From: Spirochaetota bacterium
GTDB taxonomy: Bacteria; Spirochaetota; UBA4802; JAFGDQ01
Reading direction: 5' to 3'
Length of the DNA stretch: 64,000 bases
Assembly (NCBI GenBank): GCA_043803405.1
Contig: JAZDKB010000018.1
Coordinates: 192,001-256,000 of the forward strand
Positions 10,142-19,068 of the stretch are shown here, in pieces. A program made the position numbers and the translations under genes. Each line of letters begins with the position of its first letter. Position 1 is the stretch's first letter. The notes beneath the pieces were generated by a model. The model searched no databases and was not told where the DNA came from. It worked only from the letters and a program-made list of their open reading frames with translations.

Positions 10142-11113
10142 ATGAAAGCCACCATTGAATTTCTGCAAAACGTAGATTTATTCTCGCTCCTCTCGGATGA
10201 AGAGATGGGCAGGATAATAAAATCACTTCATCCTGTTGAGAAAGAGGCGGATGAAATATTGTTTAAAGAAGGAGACGAGGGCAACGAACTCTTTATAGTA
10301 ATGTCGGGCAAAGTTGCCAGCTTTGTAGTGTTGCCTAAAGGCACAAAGCGTGAGATCGCCGAGTTTAAGCCCGGGGATTTTTTCGGCGAAATGTCAATTT
10401 TTGAAAACACGCACAGATCGGCAACCTGCTATACAAAAGAAAAAAGCTCTCTCTTAACCCTGAGGGAAAGAGACCTCTTTGAACTGATACTTTACGACCC
10501 GGAAATCGCAATTAAAATAATGTACCGCATGCTTAACATTACAACTGACCGGCTTCTCGACAGGAGCGAATTTTTATCGGACATGGTACAGTGGGGGGAG
10601 GAAGCGCGTAAAAGGGCAATCACGGACGAGCTGACCGGCATTTACAACAGGCGTTTTCTTGATGACTCCCTGACAGATTATTTTGAAAAAGCAAAAAACA
10701 GCGGCGAATCATTATCTTTCATAATGCTGGACATAGATAATTTTAAACAATACAGCGAAATGTTTACGCAAAGCCAGGTTAACCGTTTAATAATTGAAGT
10801 CGTATCCGTATTTAAAAAATATTTCAGGGAAAACGATATAATTGCAAGGTACGGAGGCGATGAATTCACCGCCATATTGCCGGATACGGATCCGGAGTCC
10901 GCATTTAAGATTGCCGACGAGATACGCAAAGCTGTCAGCGAATTACGCTTTGCGGAATTGCTGAATAGCGACATCGGGCAGATAACAATCAGCCAGGGAA
11001 TTTCCTCATATCCTCAAAATGCCGATGATCCTGAAACCTTAAGAGTAAAAGCAGACAAAGCGCTTTATAAAGCAAAACTGGAAGGCAGAAATAAAGTCGT
11101 TCTTGCAGAATAG
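10142..11113 (+). CDS. cNMP-binding domain + GGDEF domain protein with altered guanine-binding site
   Basis: FGEMSIF..RSA cassette; DELTGIYNR; LDIDNFKQYSEMFTQSQVN; RYGGDEF; ADKALYKAKLEGRN. Confidence 0.9.
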   Translation: MKATIEFLQNVDLFSLLSDEEMGRIIKSLHPVEKEADEILFKEGDEGNELFIVMSGKVASFVVLPKGTKREIAEFKPGDFFGEMSIFENTHRSATCYTKEKSSLLTLRERDLFELILYDPEIAIKIMYRMLNITTDRLLDRSEFLSDMVQWGEEARKRAITDELTGIYNRRFLDDSLTDYFEKAKNSGESLSFIMLDIDNFKQYSEMFTQSQVNRLIIEVVSVFKKYFRENDIIARYGGDEFTAILPDTDPESAFKIADEIRKAVSELRFAELLNSDIGQITISQGISSYPQNADDPETLRVKADKALYKAKLEGRNKVVLAE

Positions 11114-11116
11114 ATT

Positions 11117-11803
11117 TTACTTTAATTTATTTGTTTTTCCAATAATAGAAATCTTTATTCTGAGGTTCTTCATTGTAAAAGAAGTAAATCTGTCGGGCCT
11201 TAACTTCATCAGATTAAAATCGATTACGGAACCGTCTTTTGTATTTGGATGGATATTTACTTCAAGGCGGGATGCTGTCGGAATTCTTCCAACGCCGTTG
11301 CATACATGGCAGTATCTGTCCTCTCCGCGGCACACATGGCAATCCATCCTTGAAGGCAGTTCCACATAAGCCACTGCCCCGTTTTCGGATTCTTTCGGAG
11401 TAATAAAAATCTCGATATCCTGGCCGAATGCGCGCATCCTTTCTTTTCTTCCGATCTTTTTATTCAGAAGCCTGGTTGTGAGCAGATCCTTGAGAGATAT
11501 GGAGTATTTAATGCGGTTTTTAGGAAGATAAACATAGCCTTCACTGCTAAACCTGCCGTTTAACAGCACTTTTGTATAATCGCGTCTGAGTTCATCGTTT
11601 ATTAGTATCTTGTAGCCTTTGATAATAAGATCGACTTTCTTTTTTTCTTCATCGGAGTTTTTTCCCGAAATATCCGGATGATATATTTTAATTAAATTAC
11701 AAAAAGCAGACCGGATTAATTCCTTCTTTGCTTTGTAAGGAATATTCAGGATCTCATAAAAGTCGATCAAATTGCCTTTATCGTCGCAATAAGGCTTATT
11801 CAT
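11117..11803 (-). CDS. J-domain (DnaJ-like) protein with a single Cys4 zinc-finger unit
   Basis: DFYEILN...YHPD J domain; CHVCRG..CHVCNGVG; short DnaJ C-terminal-like segment. Confidence 0.75.
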   Translation of the reverse strand: MNKPYCDDKGNLIDFYEILNIPYKAKKELIRSAFCNLIKIYHPDISGKNSDEEKKKVDLIIKGYKILINDELRRDYTKVLLNGRFSSEGYVYLPKNRIKYSISLKDLLTTRLLNKKIGRKERMRAFGQDIEIFITPKESENGAVAYVELPSRMDCHVCRGEDRYCHVCNGVGRIPTASRLEVNIHPNTKDGSVIDFNLMKLRPDRFTSFTMKNLRIKISIIGKTNKLK

Positions 11804-11881
11804 TTGAATAACCGTATACTATCTTTTAAATATAATTATATAAATATGCAGACTTAGAGTGCGTGCTAAAACATCGCCGGT

Positions 11882-13606
11882 TTAGTTCTGCACCGCGGCC
11901 TGTGCGCGGATCAAATCATGCAGAGTAATTATTCCATAGACTGAATTTTTGCTCCTGTCAAGTACAAGCAAAACATGAACAGCAGATTCAACAAACTTAT
12001 TTCCAACGTCCTTAACTGATTCATCTGAATAACAAGTGCTGATTTCCTGCATCACTGGAATATTATGCCTTTTAACAGCATCCTTTATTTGCTGACGAGT
12101 AACTATACCCTGTATCTGTTCATTTATAATAACAGGAAAAGCATTGAACGGATATTGATCGAGCAAAGCCTGCATCTTTTTTTCTGTAAATTCTTCAAGT
12201 ACAACAGGATTGGGACTTGCAATGGCTGAAACCGGTAGACTCTGCCAGCTTTGCAGATCAAGCGGCGGCCTGATTTTGTGAAGCTCATGCCCGTCCTGAA
12301 CAAGGAGAGCGTCATAAAAATTCAGCTTGCCGGAGCGCCGGGCAATCGCCTGGCTGATGATCGTCCCCAGCATAAGACCCGGCACAATAGCGAACTGATG
12401 CGTCATCTCAAACACAATAAGCATGGACGTTAAAGGCGCACGGACGATCGTTCCCAGGCATGCGCTCATTCCAACAGAAGCAAGCACAATATGATCAGCC
12501 TGTGTTAATGGTATAAACAAATTTGCCAGTCCGGCAAAAAAATAACCTGTTAATCCCCCAATAAATAAAGACGGGGCAAATATGCCTCCGCAGCCACCGA
12601 AACTGTAGCCGGCAATTGTAGCGAATAATTTAGCACAGACAAGAATGCCTGCGATTTTCCATTCAAAGTTATTGCTTAATGCAGCAGAAAGATCCTGATA
12701 GCCAAGACCGAACACGCCAATTTTTCCGGTTGCCATGAAGACACTGCACCCGATGATCCATGTGATAATCCCGCCGCACAACGGAAGCAGCCATAAAGGG
12801 ATTTTCTTCTGCTTTTTCAAATTTCCCCTGAAAAAGACAGTTGCGCGTTGAAAAATTACACCTGCAAAAGATGCGACAAGAGAAACGAGCGATACAACAA
12901 GATAATGGAACCAGCTGATGTCTTCAACAGACGGTATTGAAAACGCCGGCTGCCTGCCGAGAATGGCATATACTACAAAAGCGCCTATTACAGATGAAAG
13001 TACAACGCGTCCCAGAAACCTGCTGTTTAGATCCCCAAGTATTTCTTCAATAACAAAAGTAATAGCTGCGATAGGCGTGTTAAAGGCGGCCGCAAGACCG
13101 GCCGATGCGCCAATCAGAGTGGCGCTTCTCCGCTGACGAAACGACGCTCCCAGTAATCCATCCAGGCCGGAAGATATGCCGCTGCCAATATACACGGAAG
13201 GACCTTCCCGTCCAAGGCTGTTTCCTCCGCCAATGCTTAATACTCCTGCGACAAATTTAACTAATACCGGCTTAAAGCTCATGTATCCTAGCTCTTTCCA
13301 GTAAGCTGTTTTAACCTGGGGAATTCCGCTGCCTGCTGCTTCCGGGCTGAATACATTCAATAAATAACCGACAAGCAGGGAAGTGGAAGTAATGACAAGG
13401 AAACTTGCTGTTATAAAAAAGACAGGCGATTTTGTTTTAAAATAGATATATGTATGCGAAAACAGTAGATTTGTTAAAAATAAAAAACTGACTGCAGCCA
13501 GACCGGCAGCCATACTTAGAACACATGTTACTATTATAGATCTAATATTTTCAGGAAAGCGCTGCAGTAAATTTACTATAAATTTTTGATTTAACTCATT
13601 ATTCAA
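11882..13606 (-). CDS. ClC family H+/Cl- antiporter with C-terminal CBS pair
   Basis: GSGIP, GREGP (gating Glu), FVIEE, GGIFAP, FYDALL motifs; C-terminal CBS repeats. Confidence 0.9.
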   Translation of the reverse strand: MNNELNQKFIVNLLQRFPENIRSIIVTCVLSMAAGLAAVSFLFLTNLLFSHTYIYFKTKSPVFFITASFLVITSTSLLVGYLLNVFSPEAAGSGIPQVKTAYWKELGYMSFKPVLVKFVAGVLSIGGGNSLGREGPSVYIGSGISSGLDGLLGASFRQRRSATLIGASAGLAAAFNTPIAAITFVIEEILGDLNSRFLGRVVLSSVIGAFVVYAILGRQPAFSIPSVEDISWFHYLVVSLVSLVASFAGVIFQRATVFFRGNLKKQKKIPLWLLPLCGGIITWIIGCSVFMATGKIGVFGLGYQDLSAALSNNFEWKIAGILVCAKLFATIAGYSFGGCGGIFAPSLFIGGLTGYFFAGLANLFIPLTQADHIVLASVGMSACLGTIVRAPLTSMLIVFEMTHQFAIVPGLMLGTIISQAIARRSGKLNFYDALLVQDGHELHKIRPPLDLQSWQSLPVSAIASPNPVVLEEFTEKKMQALLDQYPFNAFPVIINEQIQGIVTRQQIKDAVKRHNIPVMQEISTCYSDESVKDVGNKFVESAVHVLLVLDRSKNSVYGIITLHDLIRAQAAVQN

Positions 13607-13809
13607 TTGAAATATCCTATTTTAAAAATTTCAGGTTAAAGTTATATATTGTTATTCCGTTATTTTATTCAATAAATTTTTTATTCAGCCGGCACAATGC
13701 TGATGCAGAAGCATTGTGCCTGGCAAGATGTATTTTTTAATTCGTTTTAAATGAAAACTTTTAATCTGCATTTAGTAATTCATCTTCATCTAATTCGATG
13801 AAGATTTTA

Positions 13810-14871
13810 TTACCGTTCTTTAAAATGATCCTTAATCAATTTAGAGAGCTTCTTTTCCCTGGCTTTTTTCTCGAGCCTGGCTTTTACATCCGTTTTCGAA
13901 TTAAGAAAGGATATCTCGCCTTTCATTCCCAGGTAATTTTCATATCTCGCATGATCGAGTATTCCTTCAAAGAGCGCTTTCTGTACAGCGCAGCCAGGTT
14001 CGCTCTGATGCGTGCAGTTCCTGAACCTGCATTTTTTTGCAATTACAGAGATATCGGAGAAAGCGTTGTCTATACTTTTTTCATCCGCCCATAGACCAAG
14101 TTCCCTTAGTCCCGGAGTGTCTATAAGCATCAGTCCGCCCGGAAGGAAGAAGAGTTCCTTGTGTGTTGTAGTGTGCCTGCCGCGCAGGTCATCCTGCCTC
14201 TGCGCACCCGTACGTATTTTTTGTTCTCCAAGCAAAGTGTTGATGAGCGCGGATTTCCCGACTCCCGAAGGTCCAGTTAGCGCAATAGTTGACATGGGCG
14301 CGCAGCCGGCAATAAGTTCGCGGAGCCCTTCTCCGGTAAAAGCGCTTACAATATGTACAGGTATATCCTCAGAAAAAGTTGCCTCTCGCATTGCCTGCTC
14401 CTTGTCTTTGCAAAGATCGGACTTGTTTAAGACAATAACTGGTCTGGCTCCGCTTTCACCTGCCATGGTGATATATCTTTCTATACCTCTCATATTAAAA
14501 TTCCTTCCTCCGTCAAGGCCGTTCACTATAAAAAGGATGTCTATATTCGCAGCAATGATCTGTTCGTCAATTTCCCTGCCTGCAGTTTTACGCGAGAAAG
14601 AACTCCTGCGTTCAAGGACTTTTTCTATAACAAATGTCCCGTCTGTTTCAGTCATTGCTACCCAATCGCCTATTGTCGGATAATCGGATCTCATAACCGC
14701 AGTATAATGGAACGCGCCGCTGACCTGGGCCGTATGTCTCCCGCTCTCAGACTCGACATCGTAGATATGGCGCGTCTCGCGTATAATCCTCGCAGGCATA
14801 AGTCCATGATTTCTGTATTGAGAAAATCTTTGTTCGAAAAAATCGTCCCATCCTAGTTGCTTTAGATTCAT
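13810..14871 (-). CDS. rsgA: Ribosome small subunit-dependent GTPase A
   Basis: Circularly permuted G motifs NKSD, GPSGVGKS, GRHTTT, DTPG; zinc finger CRFRNCTHQSEPGC. Confidence 0.95.
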   Translation of the reverse strand: MNLKQLGWDDFFEQRFSQYRNHGLMPARIIRETRHIYDVESESGRHTAQVSGAFHYTAVMRSDYPTIGDWVAMTETDGTFVIEKVLERRSSFSRKTAGREIDEQIIAANIDILFIVNGLDGGRNFNMRGIERYITMAGESGARPVIVLNKSDLCKDKEQAMREATFSEDIPVHIVSAFTGEGLRELIAGCAPMSTIALTGPSGVGKSALINTLLGEQKIRTGAQRQDDLRGRHTTTHKELFFLPGGLMLIDTPGLRELGLWADEKSIDNAFSDISVIAKKCRFRNCTHQSEPGCAVQKALFEGILDHARYENYLGMKGEISFLNSKTDVKARLEKKAREKKLSKLIKDHFKER

Positions 14872-15260
14872 GGCCTTTCTCCTTTGATACCGAGCAGGAA
14901 TGTATCTTTCAATAATGTTTCAGCCGGAAACGGCATTGACATGAACGGCCTGGTTGCCAGCAGCACCAGCAATAGTTCGCTGTCGTCTCCTGCAATGCGG
15001 TTTGTCCTTATAATGCCGCATTTGATGCATCTGTGTATTATGCTCCATTCTTTCTTTTTCCCGGCCCATATTCCGATTGGTTCCATCAGTCCGCGGCATC
15101 CGGACCTCCTGTCTCCAACGCATATATCTATATGAGAGCTGAAAAGGCAGAAGGGGCAATGATTGCGAAAATGCGTACCGCTTTCCGCTGAAGCAACGGG
15201 ATTGCCGCAATTACCGCAAATAAAAGGATCGTTGTTGCTTTGAATTTTATGTCTGGACAT
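14868..15260 (-). CDS. RNHCP domain protein
   Basis: FICGNCG...FRNHCPFCLFSSHID...GDR...CRGLMEPI...IIHRCIKCG..RTNRIAGDD; ATGA overlap with rsgA. Confidence 0.92.
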   Translation of the reverse strand: MSRHKIQSNNDPFICGNCGNPVASAESGTHFRNHCPFCLFSSHIDICVGDRRSGCRGLMEPIGIWAGKKKEWSIIHRCIKCGIIRTNRIAGDDSELLLVLLATRPFMSMPFPAETLLKDTFLLGIKGERP

Positions 15261-15413
15261 AGTTGTCTCCGTATATACTTTTTATGTAATAATTATTTTT
15301 TAACAAAAGTTGTATTAACGGACGGATGTCCTGTTCTGGTTTTACAGAGAAGAAAAGATCTGGGTGCTTCTGTAGACGGGGTTATTTTAAAAACGAATTT
15401 ATTAAACCTGCTT

Positions 15414-15464
15414 TTATAAAATAAATCCCCTGAACAGGAACATCCTTACTGCTATATTCAACAT
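15414..15464 (-). CDS. Putative 16-aa leader peptide (MLNIAVRMFLFRGFIL) of the RNHCP-rsgA operon
   Basis: AGGAGG RBS at 15469-15474, ATG at 15464, TAA at 15416-15414; lies within extensive pairing; TTGACA at 15524-15519 upstream. Confidence 0.65.
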   Translation of the reverse strand: MLNIAVRMFLFRGFIL

Positions 15465-15559
15465 AAAACCTCCTTTTATTTTAATTTTATAACTGTCTTT
15501 ACTTATATTGAGAAATACTGTCAATATTATTTTAAAAAAAATCTTATAAAAAATATTAA

Positions 15560-16510
15560 CTATTTTCTATTTCTTTTCTTTTTAAAAATTGCAAGCGCTT
15601 CAGATTTTATAATAGATGCGGTATCCTGCTTAAAGATGCTTTTTAATATATCATAAAGTTCGGGGCTGTTCTTTTTCATCTTTTCCGGATGCTCAAAGAA
15701 TTCCTCGCCTGCAACTGCAAGGAATTCTGCTTCCTCTGTCAGTGCATATGAATCGATATCCGATCTGCCGGACTCGATCTTCTCCATCTCCGACTCTCTG
15801 ATAGTTTTCCATTTGCCGAGTTCCTCCCTGTTAAGCATAAGCAGAGGAAGTCCGTCTATCACCCCATCCTCTTCATCAATTTTATGAATAAATTCATGAA
15901 TGGCAGTATTTCCTCCATCCATTGAGGCAAATCCCCTGAATAGTTCCTTTTTAGAAATGATTAAAGAGGAAGCATGCTGCTCCACCATGCCGAGCACATC
16001 CCTGTCGCCGGATTTAAAATTATAGTTATGATCGAACCTGTCAGGATAAACAAGTATCTCGCCCAGTGTATCGTATTCCCAGTCCTCAATTTTAAAAACA
16101 GGGATAATTGCAGCAGAAGCTATCAGGAGTTTTGTGCTGTCATCGACTTCTGTCCCAATGCCTGTGATTATTTTTTCAGCAAGAAATATCTGCACTTTTT
16201 TCTCAAAGTAATATTTCTCATCATCGCTGAGCGTCCTGTAAAAGAAAACCAAATCTGATAATATTTTTTTCCATTTTTCCGGAAATGGAATTGATGCTAT
16301 CTTTTTTCTTTTTCTGTATTTTCTGGTAATAAAAAAATGAAGAAATATAAACACGGATGCAGTGATAACGCCTGTCAGGTTTTCCATATCCGGAAAAAAT
16401 TTTCTTAATAAAAATGAAACTACATTAGCAGCAACTATAGCTGTTATTATTGAAACTATCAGCGAGAATAAGAGATTAATTTTATATCTACGCGTGAATA
16501 CTGCTTCCAT
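15560..16510 (-). CDS. Membrane-anchored MtfA/peptidase M90 family zinc-dependent peptidase
   Basis: Two N-terminal hydrophobic helices; EILVYPD, HEFIHKID, YALTEEAEFLAVAGEEFFEHP. Confidence 0.85.
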   Translation of the reverse strand: MEAVFTRRYKINLLFSLIVSIITAIVAANVVSFLLRKFFPDMENLTGVITASVFIFLHFFITRKYRKRKKIASIPFPEKWKKILSDLVFFYRTLSDDEKYYFEKKVQIFLAEKIITGIGTEVDDSTKLLIASAAIIPVFKIEDWEYDTLGEILVYPDRFDHNYNFKSGDRDVLGMVEQHASSLIISKKELFRGFASMDGGNTAIHEFIHKIDEEDGVIDGLPLLMLNREELGKWKTIRESEMEKIESGRSDIDSYALTEEAEFLAVAGEEFFEHPEKMKKNSPELYDILKSIFKQDTASIIKSEALAIFKKKRNRK

Positions 16511-16720
16511 ATATCAGGAATCCTTTTGATCTGCCGAAAATTACACTGCTCCCGTACGCCCGTGCCCCACGAACGTTTTTGTTCTGCATTCTCCTGAACA
16601 TCTGCCTTCCAAATCCTGTCCAAAATAAAAAAGCAGACTTAACGTGGAATACTATTCTTATGCTAAGAAACTATCTCAGTAAATAATTTGTGAAAGAGTT
16701 TTACTCTACTGGAATAGGCA

Positions 16721-18643
16721 TTAAATCAGTTTTTCAATAAAATGATGATGTAAAAGCTGCATGGATATTATGCCCACGATCGTCATGTCGTCGCGCTCGC
16801 TTACGTTTTTACTTTCGGGCGATAATTTATTGAGCAGGCCTTCGGTAATCTTAGAGTCAAAATAACCTCCCTTTTCAATCGCTTCTTTTGAGATCATTTT
16901 TGAGGCATCATTATCCCTGTTATAAAAGCACTGGCTGATAGGCGCCCTGTAGGGCTGTTTGTATCTTTTTACAATCGACTCCGGAAGAATATCTTCATAG
17001 GTTTTCTTAAGTATATATTTTTCGTTTAATATTTTTATCTTATATTTGGGCGGGATCGTATTCGCGAATTCGATTACATTATGGTCGAGAAAAGGAAAAC
17101 GCCCCTCGATTGAATGGCCCATCATCATCCTGTCGCCCTGCGACGAAAGAAGATAGCCGGACATGAAAAGCGTTGCTTCCAGGTACTGCGCCCTGCAGAG
17201 CGGATGCCATCTCATTATGTCCGGATCGACGTAGTCATCGAGTTCATGAAAGAGACGCTCGCCGCTGAATGAGTCCCTGTGCTGCCCGGTAAAATAATTT
17301 TTAATTTGTGATGTATTGTTCCAGCGTATAAGGTGCGAGTAATATTTATTGTTCGTATCCGCAAGATTTTTTCTGAAAAAGGACTGCCAGAATCTCCCGA
17401 TCCTGGGGTCCCTTGATACGTCAGGGTAAAGCGACGACAGAAGATTCGCGCGCCATTTCGAATCAGGGCTTTTGGCCCAGAACCTGCGGACTTTATCCTC
17501 CTTGAATATGTCGTAACCTCCCAGGATCTCGTCCGATCCTTCGCCGGTAAGCACGACCTTTATGTTATTGTCGCGCACCAGGCCTGAGAGAATATACAAC
17601 GGAGCAGGCGCTGTCCTTAACATCGGTTTCTCGGAAAAGTAAACTACATCGGAAAATGTTTTTCCTATGTTATCATAGTTCGCTTCTATAATGCGGTGAT
17701 CGGTCTTAAGGTAATCCACCATCTGCATCTGGTAAGCGCGCTCATCGAATTTAGTATCGCCGAAAGCCACGGAAAACGTGATGAGGTCGTTGTTATGATA
17801 CTTCTTGACAAGCGATGTTATAACCGATGAGTCCAGGCCGCCTGACAGGTACGCGGCAACCGGCACGTCGGCCCTCAGCCTGATCGTTGTCGCTTCGAAC
17901 AGCCTCTCTTTAAGACCCGCCATGTAATACGAAAGAGGCCTGTCCTCATAATCGTTTTCATCCGGGAACTCGAACTTCCAGTACCTGTGAGCGGCTGCCC
18001 TGCCTTCGCTGACAGTCATCAGGTGGCCGGGCGCAAGTTCGTTAATATTTTTAAACACAGTCCTCGGCGGAATGTTAACCCATAAGGTAAATATCTGCTC
18101 AATGCCGCGCATGTCAATCTCGGGCGTTACGCCGGGATAGCGGAATATTGCTTTCATCTCAGAGGCAAAAAGAAATGTCCCGTCCGGGAGCATGGAATAA
18201 AAAAGCGGCCTTATCCCGACCCGGTCGCGGGCGAGCACAAGCCGTTTCTCTTTCGCGTCCCATATTGCTATCGCGAACTGGCCTGTAAAATGCGTAAAGC
18301 AGTCCCTTCCCCATTCCTCATAACCATGGACAATAACTTCGGTATCGCTGTGAGTGGCCAAGCGGTGTCCTTTCTTTTCCAGCTCTTCCCGGAGTTCAAT
18401 GTAATTAAATATCTCGCCGTTGAAAACAACGCATATGGATCCGTCCTCGTTAAACATGGGCTGTTTCCCGCCCGAAAGGTCGATTATAGAAAGCCTGCTC
18501 TGGGCCAGGCCAACTTCATCCTTTATGTAAAATCCGCTTTCATCCGGGCCCCTGTGTTTAAGGCTTTCTATCATGCTGCTCAGGGTTTTCGAATCAATTC
18601 CCCTGTCGTTCGCACTGTTTAGTATACCTGCAATTCCGCACAT
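16721..18643 (-). CDS. asnB: Asparagine synthase (glutamine-hydrolysing) family amidotransferase
   Basis: MCGIAG Ntn nucleophile, HRGPD, RLSIID, FNGEIFN, LSGGLDSS, LTGEGSDE, IEGRFPFLD. Confidence 0.92.
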   Translation of the reverse strand: MCGIAGILNSANDRGIDSKTLSSMIESLKHRGPDESGFYIKDEVGLAQSRLSIIDLSGGKQPMFNEDGSICVVFNGEIFNYIELREELEKKGHRLATHSDTEVIVHGYEEWGRDCFTHFTGQFAIAIWDAKEKRLVLARDRVGIRPLFYSMLPDGTFLFASEMKAIFRYPGVTPEIDMRGIEQIFTLWVNIPPRTVFKNINELAPGHLMTVSEGRAAAHRYWKFEFPDENDYEDRPLSYYMAGLKERLFEATTIRLRADVPVAAYLSGGLDSSVITSLVKKYHNNDLITFSVAFGDTKFDERAYQMQMVDYLKTDHRIIEANYDNIGKTFSDVVYFSEKPMLRTAPAPLYILSGLVRDNNIKVVLTGEGSDEILGGYDIFKEDKVRRFWAKSPDSKWRANLLSSLYPDVSRDPRIGRFWQSFFRKNLADTNNKYYSHLIRWNNTSQIKNYFTGQHRDSFSGERLFHELDDYVDPDIMRWHPLCRAQYLEATLFMSGYLLSSQGDRMMMGHSIEGRFPFLDHNVIEFANTIPPKYKIKILNEKYILKKTYEDILPESIVKRYKQPYRAPISQCFYNRDNDASKMISKEAIEKGGYFDSKITEGLLNKLSPESKNVSERDDMTIVGIISMQLLHHHFIEKLI

Positions 18644-19068
18644 AATTTTTCCGTTAAATAATTTCGTTAATTTAAACTACTAAAAAACTGAATACTTATC
18701 ATTCATTTTATAAAATAATATTTTTAAAAGTAAAAAATCAAGCCACTATTAATTAAGGCAAAATGATTTGGCTATTTTTCATTTCCTTTATGTAAAATAA
18801 TCCGGTATTGCGTATTCCGGAAGAAATGCTGTCAGGTTAATTATCTGCCATAGTGAAATTCAAGACAATTAATTTCCCTTTTATTATCAGATTGGCCGAT
18901 CTTTTAATTTTATTGCGTTTTAATTCCATTTTTTTTCCAAAACTAAAATGGCGCTAATCAAACGATAAAAAATTTACATGCAGTGATGATTTACAGAAAG
19001 AATAAATTTCTGTTGACTTGTAATAATTACACGATTTTATTTCTATAAATTCCTCAGGTGATTGTTCA

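Noticed and set aside
11854..11869. GTGCTAA half-site upstream of the small J-domain gene as CIRCE
   Set aside because: Only a partial right arm; no TTAGCACTC arm at the correct spacing.
13688..13724. GGCACAATGCT/AGCATTGTGCC hairpin as a repeat family or MITE
   Set aside because: Single copy in the window; the other intergenic hairpins have unrelated sequences and fit ordinary terminators or stability stems.
16721..18643. AsnB as a lasso-peptide cyclase
   Set aside because: It keeps the N-terminal Cys glutaminase nucleophile, and no B1/B2 proteins or precursor peptide are nearby.
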